A stretch of 64,000 nt of DNA. It comes from a virus. Shown piece by piece: positions 62,933-64,000 of this stretch. Position 1 is the stretch's first letter, and each line of letters starts with the position of its first letter. The DNA lies in the IMG/VR virus record IMGVR_UViG_3300020576_003639, positions 1 to 64,000 of that record; one strand, 5' to 3'. A program made the position numbers and the translations under genes. The notes beneath the pieces are model-generated. The model did no database searches and was not told where the DNA came from. It was given only the letters and a program-made list of their open reading frames with translations.

Positions 62933-64000
62933 ATGAGTATTCTCACTAGCACACAGGATTACAATCCGCTCACCTGAGACATACAGTTAAACCCAGCGGC
63001 TTGGTGACTATCATTAAAGGATATCAACTCGGCCGCTTCTGTCGAATTGAAGTCTTCACTCTATAGTGGGAATCTTAATCTTACAGCAGATCAATATCGA
63101 GAAGTTCAAAGTCTAGTGGCTGATAAATATTCAGCAATAGATGTAAGTGGTATCATAGCTCCTGGTGCAATCACAAAAGATTGAGAACTTGCAGGAGGAA
63201 TAGATATGACTTGAAAAGATCCAGGGCTCTATATGAGTAATGATCGATTATGATTCTATGATGGTACGGCTTGGCAAGTATGGATAGGAAACAATGGTGA
63301 TTTCTTTTTTGGATGAGATGCTAGTAACTATATAGAATGGTCTGGTAGTACACTGACAGTGAAGTGAGACATTGAAGTGGCAGATGGTAGCATAACAGCT
63401 CCAAAACTTGCAGCAAGCTTACTTTATGCCTGAGAAATCGTTATAGATACTTCAGGTAAAATTAGATCAGGGCAAACAGCTTATGATACTGGTACATGAT
63501 TTTGGATATGAGATGTAAGTTGAGTAAAGAAATTCTCAATAGGTAATGGAACTAAGTGACTTAAATGGGATGGAAGTGATCTTACTATTCGTGGTAATAT
63601 TTATGCAGAAAGTGGTACATTTACTGGGTCTATTACATCTACAGCTACAATTACATGAGGTATATTACAATCTGCTACAACTTGAAAACGTATTGTAATA
63701 GAAAGTAATACATTTAAATCTTATGATTCCTCTAATGTACTAAGAGTTCAGACTGCAAATGAGTGAATGCGAATAACAGATACTACATGAGCCTATTATG
63801 CTGATTTCTCTACTAGATCATTTAGTGGACCATGAGCTATTGAATGGCCATACATTCTTGTATCTGATACTAGTACACCATCAACTAGAGTTTGATTAAG
63901 AACATCATTTTTAGCAGGGCATCCATCAGCTACTGATAAATCTCTTTCAATATATTTAGACTGAGCCAGCTGATGAATGATTACATTTAGATCTATTTGA
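62933..64000 (+). CDS. tail fiber protein (partial; continues past the window end)
   Basis: With TGA=Gly: ...GFWIGDVSGVKKFSIGNGTKGLKWDGSDLTIRGNIYAESGTFTGSITSTATITGGILQSATTGKRIVIESNTF... At least 23 in-frame TGA. Confidence 0.6.

Overview
This AT-rich window (about 33% GC) looks like a contiguous piece of a tailed-phage genome, or possibly a prophage, and it only translates sensibly if TGA is read as glycine (genetic code 25, the Gracilibacteria/Absconditabacteria code). Under the standard code almost every gene breaks into short TGA-bounded ORFs. With TGA=Gly the fragments fuse into long frames, and in-frame TGA codons sit at invariant glycine positions: the PIF1 helicase P-loop GKAGTGKS (two TGAs) and PIF1 motifs Ia and III, the first glycine of the primase-helicase Walker A, and many glycine-rich tail-protein repeats. 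The element carries its own tRNA with a UCA anticodon and glycine identity features, next to a CAU (Met) tRNA. Three strand blocks are visible. Coordinates 1-24343 run on the + strand and hold the lysis, recombination, accessory and early genes: holin, two peptidoglycan hydrolases, PIF1 helicase, PD-(D/E)xK nuclease, SbcC/Rad50-like ATPase, ArdC-like protein, HslV-like hydrolase, SPFH/NfeD pair, HAD phosphatase, and HNH homing endonucleases. Coordinates 25779-33440 run on the - strand and hold HU, small zinc-ribbon proteins, a wHTH regulator, the tRNAs, two more HNH genes, and a TGA-free structural protein. Coordinates 34222-64000 run on the + strand and hold replication (replisome organizer containing an ori-like palindrome and iterons, then a TOPRIM primase / DnaB-like helicase), one giant gene of about 4050 aa that carries a multisubunit-RNAP beta-prime-like double-psi beta-barrel with a DxDGD catalytic motif (a crAss-like virion RNA polymerase candidate), and the packaging and morphogenesis module (TerS/TerL, portal, scaffold, major capsid protein, tail and tape-measure-like proteins, tail fibers). 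A 1.4-kb non-coding convergence region (24343-25779) contains a 28-bp GC-rich direct repeat pair, several hairpin/terminator structures and strand-asymmetric AC/TG tracts. Coordinates come from manual frame tracing. Conserved-domain calls are recalled from motifs, not from database searches.
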